Assembly: GCF_018350175.1 (NCBI RefSeq)
Contig: NC_058373.1
Span: forward strand, 109,308,001 to 109,372,000
Reading direction: 5' to 3'
Source of the DNA: Felis catus
Lineage: Eukaryota
Length of the DNA: 64,000 bases
Shown here: in pieces, positions 39,931 to 56,097 of the stretch
Layout: each line of letters starts with the position of its first letter
How positions within the stretch are numbered: position 1 is the stretch's first letter
Translations under genes and position numbers: made by a program
Notes under the pieces: model-generated
Databases searched by the model: none
The model's input: only the letters and a program-made list of their open reading frames with translations
What the model was told of the DNA's origin: nothing

Positions 39931-42900
39931 GTCTGGATAACATGAAAATATTGGAATCATATAATATCCTAGGAAAATAACTGTAAATCTGTGAACTACC
40001 TTTCAATAAAATCAAAGTGCTGTCAAGAACTGATCTTACTTCACTGATTTAATATGAATTATATCAAGATATCTCACAGAGGAAAAATGTTGTTGAAATA
40101 GAAATACATATGGACATTATTTATATGGCATTTTTCTGCAAAACTTTGTATTTGACATAGATTACCACCATGGTGAAATGGTTTATTACAATAAAATTTT
40201 GTTCATCTGCTGAAGTATTATATTAGTCTCAAATCTATTTAAATGTATTTCTTTACATAAACTGTTTTTATTAGTATCCAATTCATTTAGTCATAAAATA
40301 AATTTATTTAATTTTAGCAACTAAAGACTGCAATAATTAAAAGAAATGAGTATCTTTCTTCATTTTGCTTCCCTATATGTCTAATATTTTAGATTTTTTT
40401 TTCTTCCAAGAGTAACAATTAATTATGTTGATTTTAACCTCCAATCCAACTGGAGGGAAAAATCACAAAAATGGAAAAAGGAAGATATGTACTACTTGGT
40501 TCACCTGTGACAGAACCGATAGTGACCTCTTGTGGTAAATACTATCTACAGAGCTTTGGAGAACAATACAACCTTTTTCCTAGGCCGGACACTGGAGAAC
40601 ACAGAAGCACTCTTCCTCCATGCTTGTGAACAGCCGTTATTGACAATGAAAGTAAAAGACAAATATTGACTAAGCTAAAGGATTTCTTGTTGGAAGTCAA
40701 CTCAGTCCGTCAATTAAAATATTCCTAGCTGCTGTCTTTTATTAAAAAATAGTGTCTTACATTGTTCTTTCAGGAGGGCAGTTAAAGGATGGCCAGGTAC
40801 ATGGAGTTCTCACACACCCTACTTCTGGAACCACCCAAAAGACAGACAAAGAGGACGATTTCTAGTGAAGACAAGAGTGACCTGGAATAAGCAAAGTTCT
40901 GGTCAGCAAAGCATTGCTACTCGTTACATAACACACTGTGGGCTCTAGAGCAAGAGACAAATCCACTGGCTTACTTATAAATATAATTTAGGGAGTGGTC
41001 AGTATAATTTCAACCTCAGTGATATTTTCAAAGTAAAAATGATACACTGTAATACCTGAGGAAACCAAACACAACACGGTTCTATCAGTATTTCCTCAAT
41101 AGCGGTTTAGATGTCAAAGAAAATCGTTCAAGAAAAAATATCAGGAACTTTATGCCCCCTCAAAAAATCATGTTTTTCATCATTTCTTTTACATTGGATG
41201 CTACTAAAAAGGTATGATATCTTTTTCTGTTTTATTTTTAAATCACGAGTTCTCTATTTTTTCTCCTATAGGTTCTCTTTTAAGATCTCAGTTTTCATAA
41301 ATATTAATTATAGCAAAAAAAAATAATTTTGGATTTTCCTATGAGATGACTCAGCCAAGAAAGTGCTTGTACAACACTGATATCTCAAGCAATAATGGAA
41401 AATCGAGTATATTGAACTGGTTGATAAAATACTACCTTTTCTGTTTTCTTCTTTCCTGAGCCCCTTTTTTTTCCTCTAAAGAGAAAAACATTCATAGATT
41501 TTAATAATGTTTAAAATATTAAAGAACAATAATTAGATTCTAATAAAAAGACATTAAATTTGGTATATATAATATATCAAAATGGCAACCTAGTTCACAG
41601 TCATGGAAACTAATCATTTCTGCCTATTTGCTAAGGAACCAAAGACAACATATGAATAAAATGTGCTGCCCAAAGACATAATCAGATTGAAGGTCTTGGA
41701 AATGTTTTGTTTTGTTTCGTTTGAATCTAAAATTTCACCTATAATTCTTAAGATACTCTTGTTTTCTTTCAGGTATTTACCCTCTACCCACAAGTTTTCT
41801 GCTCCCTACAGCCCAATGTATACTGATGAAGAGTTTGCACAAATAATTACAATTTAAACAAGGAAAGACAGCCTAATAATGTGCCAGACATGGGTTCAGT
41901 CAAGAAGCACTTTGGGCCGGGGCTGTCTACAAGACCTGTCATCCATCCCATAGTTCCCAAACTTTCCATTCCTAGCAACTTATTTTGAACCTCCTAGCCA
42001 AAACTGTATCCAAACCTTGCTATTACACTTATACTTCTGACCTTTGCAACTTCTTAGACTACTGATAATGTGTTCTCTATATCTGCTAGAATCAAATGTT
42101 AAGAATTATTATAATTCCTTTTATTTATCTAAAACTTATCTTGTCTTTTATCTTAAAATTAAAAAGAGGAATTTCCTACTTCTACTATTGTGGAATTTGG
42201 CCATAAAGCATGTTTGTATCCATCCTACTCAGTGGCCCTCATTATTTTATTTTATAGACTTTGAATCACCAGTAACACTTTGAAATGCTTCCCCATAACA
42301 GACTGAGTCAACCAAAGAAGGAAAATAAAAATCCAATCTCAAGAGGTGTAAAGTAACAGCAAATAGGAGATAGTGCTACTCTAAGACACAGAATGAAGCA
42401 CTGTTATTGTGGGAAATTGCAAATGAGAACTCAGGAACTTTATTAGGAAGTCCTCTGGTTTAAAAGCTACATCCAAATAGACCACACTTTGTGCTCTTTT
42501 GTTCCACAACATGAAGTTCTCTGATGGATGTCTAATTGGCTGCAATTTCAGTTCATTAGTTATATCCGTGGACAAATTAGTGCCTGATGCTTTCTCTTTG
42601 TGTCCATTACTCTTCCAAATCTGATATTCCCCCTCTCTGTGTCTCTCTTTCTGTATATCTCTCTTTTGCTCTTTGTGTGTAAGAGAGAGAGGTTGGGTTT
42701 TTTTTTTTTTTTTTCCTGTACATCCATCTTCGTATCTGGATGGATGCCTGTCTGTGGTGTATCTGTGTACATCTCTCTGTATACGTGTCTATCTCATCCA
42801 GCTCTCAGTAAAAGACCTGATCTTTTCATAAGAAGAAAATGATGATGTATCAGAAAGAGAAGCATTTCGTGGGGTAAGGGTAAGTAGGCAACTCTCTTCG

Positions 42901-45279
42901 ATTTCTGTCTGTTCCACTAAAGCTCTGCCAACACTTCACTTTCAATGTTGTTAAAAGTTAGTGAATAACGAAATCTTCACTGTGACAAACTTCATCCATC
43001 TGTGAGAATCCTGAAGGGAATTTCCTCTGTTAGTTTCAATTAAACAATTTCTCAGAATGAATTTTTCTATTTCTCTGCCAAATCATATAGAAATGACAAC
43101 AACTGTGGGCTACTCCCACATGAAGGTGCAGACCAATTGAATACTGTAATTCTCAATTTCTGGGGCTCTTCCTGTAAAAGTAGTACTGAGACTTTCTAGT
43201 TTTTACTACCTGCACATGCACATATTTACCTCACCGGCCCAATACATTGCAAACAAAGCTCGGAGGTTTCGAGTAGTGGTATTAAAAGCTAGCCATAAGC
43301 AATTAGAAGTGGCATTTTAAATGCCAGAACAGATAAATTTTCATTTGCGCTTGGGGTTGTTATCCACTGAAAGAAACATTAAACCAATGAAGCAATTATG
43401 AACACAAAGTGTCAAAACAATCAAACACTCGTCGATTTGGATGATAGATATAAAATAGAGGTGGCAGAAGCAGATATTTCCAAGCCACATTAAGGTAAGC
43501 CTTAATTTCCTACTATATCTGAAATCAAACATATTCTCAAAAGTGGCTCATCGCTCCACTCTGTAGAAGAACTTTCAACCAAAGATGCTATACTAGTAAA
43601 CTGCAGTCAAGGAATTCTCATCTTCTTCCAGGTCATCGTGCAGAGGAACAGAGAGCCTATGGGCTTTATTTTTTCAGGCATTCTCTGACAAGTCCCCTCA
43701 CGGACCAGATTGCATGGAATTGAAATAACCCAAGAGCATGAGAAAGCTGAAATAAAATGTATGTATCTGAAATAGTTGATCCCAATAGACTTTAAAGTTC
43801 CCAAACTGGTTGTTTTAATAGTAACATCCCCTTGTATTCTAGGTCTGCATTTAACAGGAATACATGAAGGTATGTATAAACGTGGAAGTTGCCTACCATT
43901 ATGAATTTGTATTTTATATTATCATAAAAAATAAAAAACATATTTCAAATCACACTGGAATGGCCAAAAATATTATAGATTTTTTTAAAAATTAGACCAA
44001 GACTGTTAGCTATTTTTTTTTTCAACCCAAAAAGTCTGCTCTAGATTTGTATAATATCAGATGTTGACCAATGTGGAAGAAATAAAGTCACAAGCTTCAA
44101 ATTAAAACCAAATACCACATCAGAGATTTATGAAAAATACCTCGGGACACTTATATATACACGGTCCCAAAAATCAGGGGAACTATTTGCAAGCTTCGTT
44201 TTTGAAGAGATCCTAAGAATTAGTATAATCTAGTCAACCAATTCAGGGAAAGCATAATTGTATTTAATTATTTATTATTATTTTAGTGTGACTCTTACAC
44301 ACTAGGCAGAGAGCTTCTTAGGAACAGAAGTGTCTTAATCATTTCTTTTATCCAAAGGACCCCACAGAGTGTCTGTTGTATATGACACCCAAGTAAATAT
44401 TGTTTCAATGAATGAATAAACAATGAATTTTGGAACTGCATAGAGTATTTCCATTCCTTTGGCCAAGGAAAAAAAACTTTGAATGACACTTTACATATCT
44501 TGCTTATAAAATTGGAAATTATATAAAAGAATTAAAACAACATGAAAGACATAGATTTCAGTAACATGCAAAGTTTATAAGGTCTTAAAATGTGAACTAT
44601 ATAATGATCTCCATTCAGAATATCTTGAAGGAAATGACTTCATAAATGGATGGCATTTTAAAGACACTTTAAGGCAAGAAAACCTTACAATCAGTAGCAA
44701 AGGAGAATGGCCTTTTTTTAAATTCTTACTCCAGTTCTTTAAAAGCACAGTAGCTATTGCTTCCCTTTCACATTTCCCCTGTTTAAGTCAAATGAAATAT
44801 ATCAAATAGATTAATAACGAGCAATGCACAATGGAAAAAAATTAAAGAAACTTTCAACACAAACTTAACCATAGTAATTGGCTTCCCATTTTTCAAGTAC
44901 TGACTCTGTTAGGTTCAACTCCAACTCCTCTCCCTAGCACAAGGTTCCCTTCAGCAGTGCTCATTGGGCCCAAAAGCCATTCCAGAGACTTAAACCTTAT
45001 TAAGTAGCCACTTTCACAACCATTCCCAACTCGAGGGAAACCTTCCCACTGAGATTAACTCTAAGAATTTGATCAGTCCCTGAAACCTCCTTGAGGGGGA
45101 GAAAATGTGGGGAAAGGATGAACAAGAAAGATATCCCTCATCAAAGGAGAACTCAACTTTATTCTCCAGGTGAACCTACAGTCTCCCAGCTCCCCCTTCC
45201 TTTCTGGGCTCTGGACAGGTGGGAGGGAGGAGAGTCTGTCGTGGGGAGGGGATGCAACTAACTTTCCTTCACTACCTTA

Positions 45280-46950
<1,671 letters not shown>

Positions 46951-46953
46951 AAG

Positions 46954-47130
46954 CAGTGGTTCTCACAGGAATCCTGGACTAGCAGCATCTCCTAAGAACT
47001 CGTTAGAAATGCAAATTACCGGGCTCTACCTCAAAGCTAGGTAACTAGGCACACTTGGGGCCAACAACCTGTTTTAACAAGCCCTCGGGGTAAGGTGATG
47101 CATGCTCGCTCAAGTTTCAGAAGCACTAAG
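46954..47130. mobile_element. MER5A-like relic at the upstream edge of the CpG island
   Basis: CAGTGGTTCTCA...GTTAGAAATGCAAATT...TTTTAACAAGCCCTC. Confidence 0.75.
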
Positions 47131-48106
47131 GCTTCCCTTCCAGAGGCTCCACTGGGCCTGTCTAGAAAGGGAGATTGCTAAGCAGGGTCAAGGACACGGG
47201 ACAAAAATGCGGCTGCAGCACGCTGAGAAGTTGGTGTCCAGGCGAAGCGTTGAGTAGTGACAGCAAAAGGACGGTTGTGTGGGGGCGTCCCTTTTTGCTG
47301 GGGTCATGGTATGTTAGAGAACAGCTGTTAGAAATGATGGAGGCTAAGTTGCCCGGAAGCAGCAGGAATCCTCAGGCTGAGCTCCGGGAGATCTGCTTAG
47401 CTTCGGCTTGGGTCAGGGAGGACAGAGGGAAGGTGTCTGACTTTGTTTGAAAACCCCTAGATTGTTAATCACTGGCCTCGTGTTACGACCACTCTCTCTC
47501 CAGAGCACCCCGGTGTAGGGCCTTTGCCTTTCGCCAAGAGACGCATAAACACACAATCAGAACCCAGGTTTTAGCCTCGGGTCCTTTCTTCCCTCTCCTC
47601 TCTGAAATTTTCACCAATGTCCCAAAGCTTGGGCGGGGCAGCTGAGCAAACCCAGAAGGTTGACGCAAAGCAAAGAGCAGTTTGCTCTGCTAGGATTCCT
47701 TCTGCAAAAATCAAGAGACTCTGTGGAATAACACTGGGCTGTTTTAGCTTTCTTCTACTCAAGTACTGCTGGTGGTGCAAGTTAATTCCCCTACAGTTAG
47801 AACGTCTTCTAAATGCATTAGGGTGTATTTAGTTAAATAGCAAGGAACTCAGGCACACGCTGGATCCCTCTAATCCGCCTGCCGCTGGCAGGGTTCAGAT
47901 TTGTGGTTGAGGTTACAGCTCCCTCCCTGCAGTTGACTGGGAGTGTGTAAGAGCGGGAGAAGTGGAAAGGCATTTTTAAACACACAATTGGATTCCCCCC
48001 CTGATGGGTCTTACATAACCTGTGTTTGTGGAAGCTAAGCTGGTGTAGGGACACAGCATGGTCCTAGACAAATGAGCCATTCACAGACTGGGGTGGTAAT
48101 AGGCTA

Positions 48107-48216
48107 AGATATAGATATAGATATAGATATAGATATAGATATAGATATAGATATAGATATAGATATAGATATAGATATAGATATAGATATAGATATAGAT
48201 ATAGATATAGATATAG
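48107..48216. repeat. (AGATAT)n perfect hexanucleotide repeat, ~18 units
   Basis: Seen directly. Confidence 0.98.
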
Positions 48217-49999
48217 TGTTTATATATGTTTTATATATATAATTCATAGATTGCAATCCTAGACTCTAACATGATATGATAAATCCATCAACATCATTAA
48301 CAGGAAATACTTCAAGACTTCAGATCTATATGTTCTTTTGCACATCATCAGCTGCCCACATCTCGCCTCTGGGTATTGATATAAATCTCTGTTTCCCAGC
48401 ATTTCCCATCTAGTATAAATATCTCTGTTCCTAATTACTCCTCTGTGGGTGTATTAGCTCACACTTCCCAAAGAGGAAACTCTTTTGGACTCCATTAAGA
48501 CGCAGTCACACAATTACTGGTAGAACTTCCCCGTTTATTTCCATCTGCAGACTTAATTAAAGTGACATTTATCTTTTCTTCTTTGTGCTTAAGTGTATAG
48601 CATTATAACTTCTGGATTATTTTAATCATTGTACAAAAAATTCGGGAAAGTGTCAAGCCTCTGGCTTCCACACTTGTCTTAATCTTCTAGCTTAAGTTTT
48701 TATTTTACAGAGGAAGAAACCACGACCCAGAGAGATGAAATGCCTGGTCCAAGGTGACACAGTGCTTTAGAGGCTGCGCTGAGCCTAGAATCAAGCCTTC
48801 TGACCCTATAGCAAGAGCTCCTTGTAAATAATGGAAAATAATCTGGTGTTGGCTAAGAGCTGTAACAACAGGCAACTTCCAGTGATCTCTCTTGCCACCG
48901 CTGATTTCACAGCACCGGAGAGAGAAGAAACCCCTGGCAACAACTTGCAACAGCTCCTAATCAAAATACAGTTGAGCAAAGCGGAGTGGCGCCGTATGGA
49001 CTGACTAGCCCTAAGGAATGTGCCGGCAGATTGCAGCAAGGTGCCAATACAGCATTTTAAAAGTGTTTTGCAGACAGAGTCCATATGTTGTAACCAAACT
49101 GCAGGATTTCACAGGTGAGCAATAGGAACCGAAAGTCTTCCATGTCACACAAAGGGCTTCTTTTTGTTTGTTTCATCGCAAAGATCCCATCTTCAAGCGG
49201 AATCATGTGTCCTTCTTTCGTGAGGCCCTGTTATTAGAGTGGTGTTGTCTGTGAGAACCAGGGGTTCCAATACCCAGAGGTGTGTGCTGACACCTAAGTC
49301 ATAGCTCTGAAGCGAATGGATGCCAGCTGAGCTGCAGGTGTATTCTAGTGTAACAGCATCCAACATGAAAGTGAAGACTTAGAAATCTGATGTATCAGGA
49401 GGTGATGGTTTGTAATTACTACTGGCTCACTGAAGGATTCTTTGATCAAGCACCCCTCCTTTGAAGATTTTTTAATGTAGTTTCACAGTAGTATAATTAC
49501 ATGTAAACTCTCAGAAATGTGTTAGAAATAGGTCTGGTCTGACTTAATGTTGGATCCCTTATGTGAAAATAACCTACCCACTACTCTCTAGGGGAATGAT
49601 TTTTCTCCCCATCTCCAATTTTTGTTTCCGAGATAACCCCAGCATGGGTTGAAGGTGAAATCTGAGGATGCTGAAGGGGTACCTCTGATGGACGAAAAGG
49701 AGCAAAGAAGAAAGAAAGGGGCCAGACCCTGCTTTCCACCTTGGCCTCCAGGGTTGGTCTCAGCAGCAGTTATCTGTCAGAACTGTTTCCTCCTCCCAGA
49801 CCCATTTCCCAAGCGTCACTCTCTGCTTGCCCTCAGAGCCCTGCTCCAGCTCTAAATATTCACACATTACTACTCGATTCCTTTGCGTTCACAAAGTCCT
49901 TACACTTATAACCTCCCTCCTTCTCCTCTTCTCCCGCCCCCTCCCCAATCTAAGTTGAGATAAAGCAGAATAGACAGCAGGATATTGTATAGAGAGACA

Positions 50000-50225
50000 T
50001 TGCTTAGACTCTGGACCCAGACTACCTGGAATTTAGTCTTGCCTCATGCTAGCTATATGACCTTGGGAAAGTTATGTAGCCTCAATCTCCCCTTCTGTAA
50101 AATGGGGATAAAAATGATCTACTTAATAGGGCTGTTATAAGGGTGAGATGAGTTCCTATTTGAAAGTCATTAAAATGATATCCAGCGTGGAACGAGTGCC
50201 ATATGGGGTTTATAAAGTAAATAAA
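50000..50225 (+). mobile_element. MIR SINE
   Basis: Core TGACCTTGGGAAAGTTA..CCTCAAT..CTGTAAAATGGGGATAA. Confidence 0.8.
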
Positions 50226-50279
50226 TGTTTTTCTCTCCTTCTGCTTTCATTTATAGTAAAAGTTCTAGGTGGTGATCAT

Positions 50280-50615
50280 TACTAATGTTCACCAATATCC
50301 AGTTGCCTTCACCACCTTCTTGAAGTTTGTTGTGGCCATAAACTAGTTCTGGTCAATGAAATGTGAATGGAGGTGATGTGTGTTACTTCCCGGTAAAAGC
50401 AAGTAAGAGCCAGAACTCAATCCTCAATGCTCCTCTTCCCCTGACTCACTGACAATGGAATGCCAAGCAGCAGAAGGAAAACAGCTGCCCAAAAGAGTCA
50501 CCTAGACCCTTGGTGACATCCTACAAACAGGAATTTAAGCTTTCGTTAATTAAAACCCACAGATTCTGGCCTTGTTTGTTACTGTACCCTAACCTAGTCT
50601 ATCCTGACTGATACA
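50280..50615 (+). mobile_element. Old MLT1 (J/K-like) MaLR LTR
   Basis: TTCTGGTCAATGAAATGTGA motif and CCTAGTCTATCCTGACTGATACA end. Confidence 0.65.
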
Positions 50616-50659
50616 GGTTATGAACTTGCTTTAGGTACAGGAAATTAGGGGAACGATAA

Positions 50660-50826
50660 TTCCTTGACTACAAATTAGAATCACCTGCGGGTTTATAAAA
50701 ATCCCAACTTTCAGGACACAGCCCTCAGACCAAGTAAATCAGAATTTCCGAGCATGAGACTCAGACATCAGTAGTTTCAAAGTTCCTGAGGTGATTTCAC
50801 TGTGCATCAAGGTTGAGAACCACTGT
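50660..50826. mobile_element. MER5A-like relic
   Basis: TTAGAATCACCTG...GGTTGAGAACCACTG. Confidence 0.75.
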
Positions 50827-51407
50827 CCTAGAGCAACGCTGCACTCTGCAGGAATCTCTGGGATTTAGATGTCATGCCAAGATTGTCAACTCCCAAAGAT
50901 CAGACCTTCAGTTACACCTACCCAGCCAAGACCCAGCTCCACTATATCCAACTTTGAGTTTCTCCATACCTGTACCTACTGAGCGTCTCAGGAGACAATT
51001 TCGAAATCTCCAAGATGGATGCATCATAAATTCAAGGCCTCTAAACCCCTCACTTTCTCAATGCAGCCCAGTCCTTCTACACATTCCTTGTCAACCGTCC
51101 CTTCCATTCTCTGCAGTAGCTTTTTCAAAGCTTCTCCTCTGTCTTCACACCTAAGATGTCACCCTCTCACCTCACAGTCTCAGATGACTCAAAGAACAGA
51201 TCATGCTGTCAATCCTTAGACTTCCTGCTTTGCCTCTCTCTCTTCCTTTTCTTCTTTCTTCGAGGTGAATAGGAAGTGATTTCCTGCACCATCCCTCTAC
51301 CAGTACTCTGCGTCCTACTCACTAGTGCCTCTGGAGGATCTCATGTTACTAATTGCTTTCTTATTCCTTGCTCTTCAATATTTCATATGCTTTAAGAATG
51401 CTTTCTT

Positions 51408-51643
51408 GGGGCACGTGGGTGCCTTAGTCCGTTAAGCATCCCGTTAAGCATCTGACTTCAGCTCAGGCCATGATCTCGCGGTCCGTACGAAGGAGCCCCA
51501 CATAGGATTCTGTGCTGACAGCTCAGAGCCTGGAGCCTACTTTGGATTCTGTGTCTCCTTCTCCCTCTGCCCCTCCCCCGCTCACACTCTACCCCCCCCC
51601 CACCTCTGTCTGTCTCTCTCAAAAATAAACATTAAAAAAATTT
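51408..51643 (+). mobile_element. CAN-SINE with a 12-bp internal tandem duplication
   Basis: TSD TTAAGAATGCTTTCTT; CCGTTAAGCATC twice at 51429-51452. Confidence 0.92.
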
Positions 51644-53372
51644 TAAGAATGCTTTCTTAACTTGCTGTTCCCTCTAGCTTTTGTTCTGTCTCTCCCATCC
51701 TTTCATGTCAGTTTCTCAGAAGAGTGGTCTGTAATAAGTGTCTCCATGTCCTTGCCTCCTTTCCACTCCTTTACCCACCGTGGGTTGGCCTCCACCCCAC
51801 TATTTCCCTCACACTGCTTTCCCAAAGGCCATCTTTCACATTGCCAAATCCAGTGAGGCAATGTTGTTTTTAATTTTACTCGACCTGCCTGTAACATTTG
51901 GTCCTGTTACCACTCCTCTGTTCTTGAAACATTCTCTTACCTTAGACTGACTGGTTTGAATACTGATTTTGTGACCTCAGCATTTTAATTAACCTATCTG
52001 TGGCTGAGTTTCTTTATCTGTAAAAATAGAATAGTAATAGGGCCTACTTCATCTGGTTGATTCAAGAATTAAATGAGATCGTAGAGGTGGACAGTCTTGT
52101 ATCCACATTTCTGAAACTGAAAACTTTGAAATCCTGGACTTCTTTTCCCACAAATTTGTCACAAATGTATTTGCCCGAAAAGCCTGACATGAATTATCAT
52201 GAGGCTATCTGTATTCTTCCTTTATCCCACATGCTGTGAATATTGACAAGTTTTGCTGCATAGATATTAATGTGTTTGATCACAAGGATTGCCACCCCTA
52301 ACTCTGATCGGGGAGCTACAAATATACAGAAATCCACAAATTTCTGAATTCCAAGACACAGATATCGTTCCTGCAACTCTAGACATGTATACCTATGTGC
52401 TGACTAGCTCTCTCTGCATGGCAATTCCACAGGGATTCCCTAATTCAACATATCCAAAATGTGCCCCCCCCCAGTGTTTCCTATCTCAGGAATGCCACCT
52501 CCAGCTCCTCCCCCACCCCTCCCGAGTTGTCCAAGTTACTAACTTGAATTCTTCTTTATCCTTATCCCCCACCTTCAATGCTGCTCATTCTCCTCCCGTG
52601 CATCTCTTAACAGTATCCAGCGCCCATTATCACTGCTGGCACTCCTTAAGGTCAGGGTGCAGCCAGGGTTGAGAGTTATTGTACCCCTAATTTCCTGTAC
52701 CTAAAGCAAGTTCCTAATCTGCATTAGTTAGGAAAGCCTAGGTGATGGTGCAGTTACAGACGGTGCCAGAATTCATCTTGCAATTGCACTGCTGCAACAG
52801 TCCTCTGAACTTGCCCTGCTCCTTCCGGTCTTTTCCTGTCCTACGCCTCTCCAGCTCCATTTCTGAACTCTACGCCAGTCCATTTTTCACCCTTTACTTC
52901 TTAAGGCATAAATCTATTTGTGTCACCCTTCTAAGTTCCCCTCTACCCTCAGGTGAAAGTCCAAAGCCCTTAGCTGGCCTTTTTCTAGCCATCCCTGTCT
53001 GACTCCTGCTTGTATAGTTATTCTCGACCTATCACTTCCTATTGCGACCCCACATCCTCATCCGTCTTGGTTCCCTAGAGCCCCTTCTATTCCTTGTACT
53101 TACCTCCTTCACCTATGTCCTGTGTCACCAGGCATATTCCTTCAGATCACAGATTAGACATCATTTCCTCCAAAAGGTGTCTTTGACTTCCAAGACTTGA
53201 AAAAGAGCCCTTTCTGTGTCTTCTCCTCATGCCACCATATGCTTTCTTTACTGCAGTGGCTGTCTCGCTGTTGGAAAGAAAAGATTACAAATACAGTTGA
53301 AACCCTAGATACGTCCTCGCCAGGGCTGCTACTAGCTACTTTGGCATCTTGGTGAGAATTAGGAAAAGATGA

Positions 53373-53599
53373 GGGGCGCCTGGGTGGCGCAGTCGGTTAA
53401 GCGTCCGACTTCGGCCAGGTCACGATCTCGCGGTCTGTGAGTTCGAGCCGGCGTCGGGCTATGGGCTGACGGCTCAGAGCCTGGAGCCTGTTTCCGATTC
53501 TGTGTCTCCCTCTCTCTCTGCCCCTCCCCCGTTCATGCTCTGTCTCTCTCTCTGTCCCAAAAATAAATAAACGTTGAAAAAAAAAAACTTTAAAAAAAA
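53373..53599 (+). mobile_element. Young felid SINEC_Fc-type element
   Basis: CpG-rich; TSD GAATTAGGAAAAGATG. Confidence 0.95.
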
Positions 53600-53974
53600 G
53601 AATTAGGAAAAGATGTTTCCTGTGGACGATCACAGAACTAAAGCGGGGACACCAGTTAGTGAGATGATTAGGGGCTGGATTTCGCCCTTGATGGGTCCCT
53701 TGGTGGGAAGAAGAGGTAGGCTTTCTAGGAGAGAGAACTAGAAAAAAGGAAAAGCATAATAATAGCAAAGCTTATGATGTGTGACAAAAAGTAGATAATT
53801 CAGACTTAATAAAGAGAATGGGAGATAGGATTGGAGGCACAGTTAGGGACTCATTGGACCAGCTTAAGGAACTTGGGCACATTCTGTAGCTAGCAAAGAC
53901 ATGTTTTGAGTAAATAAGGGACATGGTATTCTAGGAAAAGGAACCTGTATTTAATGGGTGTGCAAGATGCTTTG

Positions 53975-54135
53975 GACACTCATCACCAAAGAAAATGTCT
54001 ATAACTCCATATGGTGCTGAAGTTAACTAGACTTATTATGGTGATCATTTCACAACATGCACAAATTCGAATCGTTATGTTGTATGAACAGAAATTAATA
54101 TAATGTTATATGTCAGTTATACTGCAGTTGTTTTG
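53975..54135 (+). mobile_element. Short L1 3'-end fragment
   Basis: GTTAACTAGACTTATTATGGTGATCATTTCACAA...ATAATGTTATATGTCA motif. Confidence 0.75.
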
Positions 54136-55599
54136 AAAAAGATGCTCTGGAGAGAAAACAAGACCAGGATTGGAGAAACCAGATGAGGAACCCCTGCCTA
54201 TGAGGACATATTTTTGAAACATTAATAAGGGCTCTCTTCCCAAATCTCCATATTTATGATAGTCTCTTGCTGCCATTACACTGTCACTCCTCACAACAGC
54301 TCACCTGTTCTGGCTTTTGAATTTCAAAAGTGTAGGCATTGGAAAAACAGAAATGCAATAAGCAAAATGTTATAAATAAGGCTATGTGTATTCTTACCAG
54401 GTGCCAAGTACTGTTCTAAGTACATGTATTTATTTTTCATTTAATCTCCCTTAATTCTAATAGAATAAATTAGAATTTCATTGACTCCAATGAATATTTG
54501 TTGAGCATTTATGTACCAAGCACTACAGTAGGTGTCTACATTGTTCCCATTGAACCAAAAATGACACTGAGGCACGGAGGAGTTAAGTCACTTGCACAAG
54601 GTCTCAAAACTGATAGGTGATATAGCCAGGATTATGTACCCAGGTATTCTGTTTTCAAAGCCCAAATTCTTAACCCTTCTGTTGATCCAGTGCACTATAT
54701 GACTTCCCAAAAGATTTGGGAAATAACTAATAAGAACCAGTTTTCTTATATATTCTCACTTCCAGCCTAGATGAGAAAAAATTCCTCTGTGCGAAGAGAA
54801 GTGAAACAAGCTGGAGAGAAACCAAAGAGTAAGAAAGTCCTTTCTCTACTACAATGTGGACAGAGCCCTGGATTCCAAGGGAAATAAAAAATAAAAAAAA
54901 TAAATGATAAGTTTATGGGAATCCAGACACAGAAGATCTGCTCTATTTCCTGGGTAGAATTCCAGGGAGGCAACAGGACCCTAGGGAAGAGATTGCTGAG
55001 TTGAGTGACTAGAGAACTGTGATCTTAATTAGCATAGAGAAATTCCCCAGACCTTGGTGGGCATGTGCACTTGAACATAGTGAAATGATTCTCACATGCC
55101 CTAGAGGTCCGCAAGGAAACAGAGAAAGTGAAACTCAGTGAAATTAAATCACTTTATATTATTGGTTTTATCTACCTGTCTCCCTCACTACACCGTGAAC
55201 TCCTTAAGGTCAGAGATCAAGTCTTCTGCATATATGTTTCTTTAGCTCTGATTCAGTGCCTAGAACATGCAGGCTACAGAACAAATTGATTTGTTAATTA
55301 TTCAATGTTGTCGGGAACATTTTAGTGTAGAATTAAACATTTTAATTTCTACCCACACTTCACACCATACACCACCATAAATTCCAAATATGCTACTAAG
55401 TTAAGCATGTAACAATTATGCAAAATAGGCTTCTAAATTATTTTTGAAGCACAGGGAATTATAAATAACAAGGTAAAGCAGGTTTGATTACATCAAAAAC
55501 CTATCACCTGCACACACACAAAAAGCATAATGTAGATGAAGAGGAATTTGAAGGAATGGGGAAAATTATTCATAATTCATGTGATTGTGACTACAAGAA

Positions 55600-56097
55600 G
55601 AATAATTCCTCAAATGTTTTGTTGCTATTTATAATGTGATAGCTACAGACATAAACACTTTTAAGTTTAATCTGAATTATTTATAATCTGCACTTTCTCC
55701 ATCACTTTGTTAAGTTTCTATAATCAACAAAACGATAAATCAAACCCTGATTAGTGCATTAGCTGATTTCCATAGCTGACTTCAAGTTTCCAATGTGACA
55801 TCACCAAACACGAGGTTGGAAATTGATGCGCCTAGCACGCCATGATACAGAATTTCCACCTTATAGATATTACAGTCATAAATAATGTCAAGAATATAGA
55901 TAACAGTAAAATGTAGTAACATAATTTAGGAAGTGATGAATTTGGTGTATTGTGCTCATTTTTAATGTAATTTATTTCATTGCAAATTAATATAATTGAA
56001 TCTTTATTAGTGACTGTGTTTCACAACCCACTCACCAGACCCTTGAAAATTTTAAAGTTGCACTAGCAGGTGCAAGCTGGTTCCAGCAGCCCCACAG
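55600..56097 (-). mobile_element. MER63-like hAT DNA transposon
   Basis: The reverse complement resembles recalled MER63 (CATCACTTCCTAA..TTACTACATTTTACT; GCTGGAACCAGCT terminus). Left boundary uncertain. Confidence 0.65.

Noticed and set aside
48905..48925. RE1-like CAGCACCGGAGAG upstream
   Set aside because: Only the left half-site matches; the right half GGACAG is absent.
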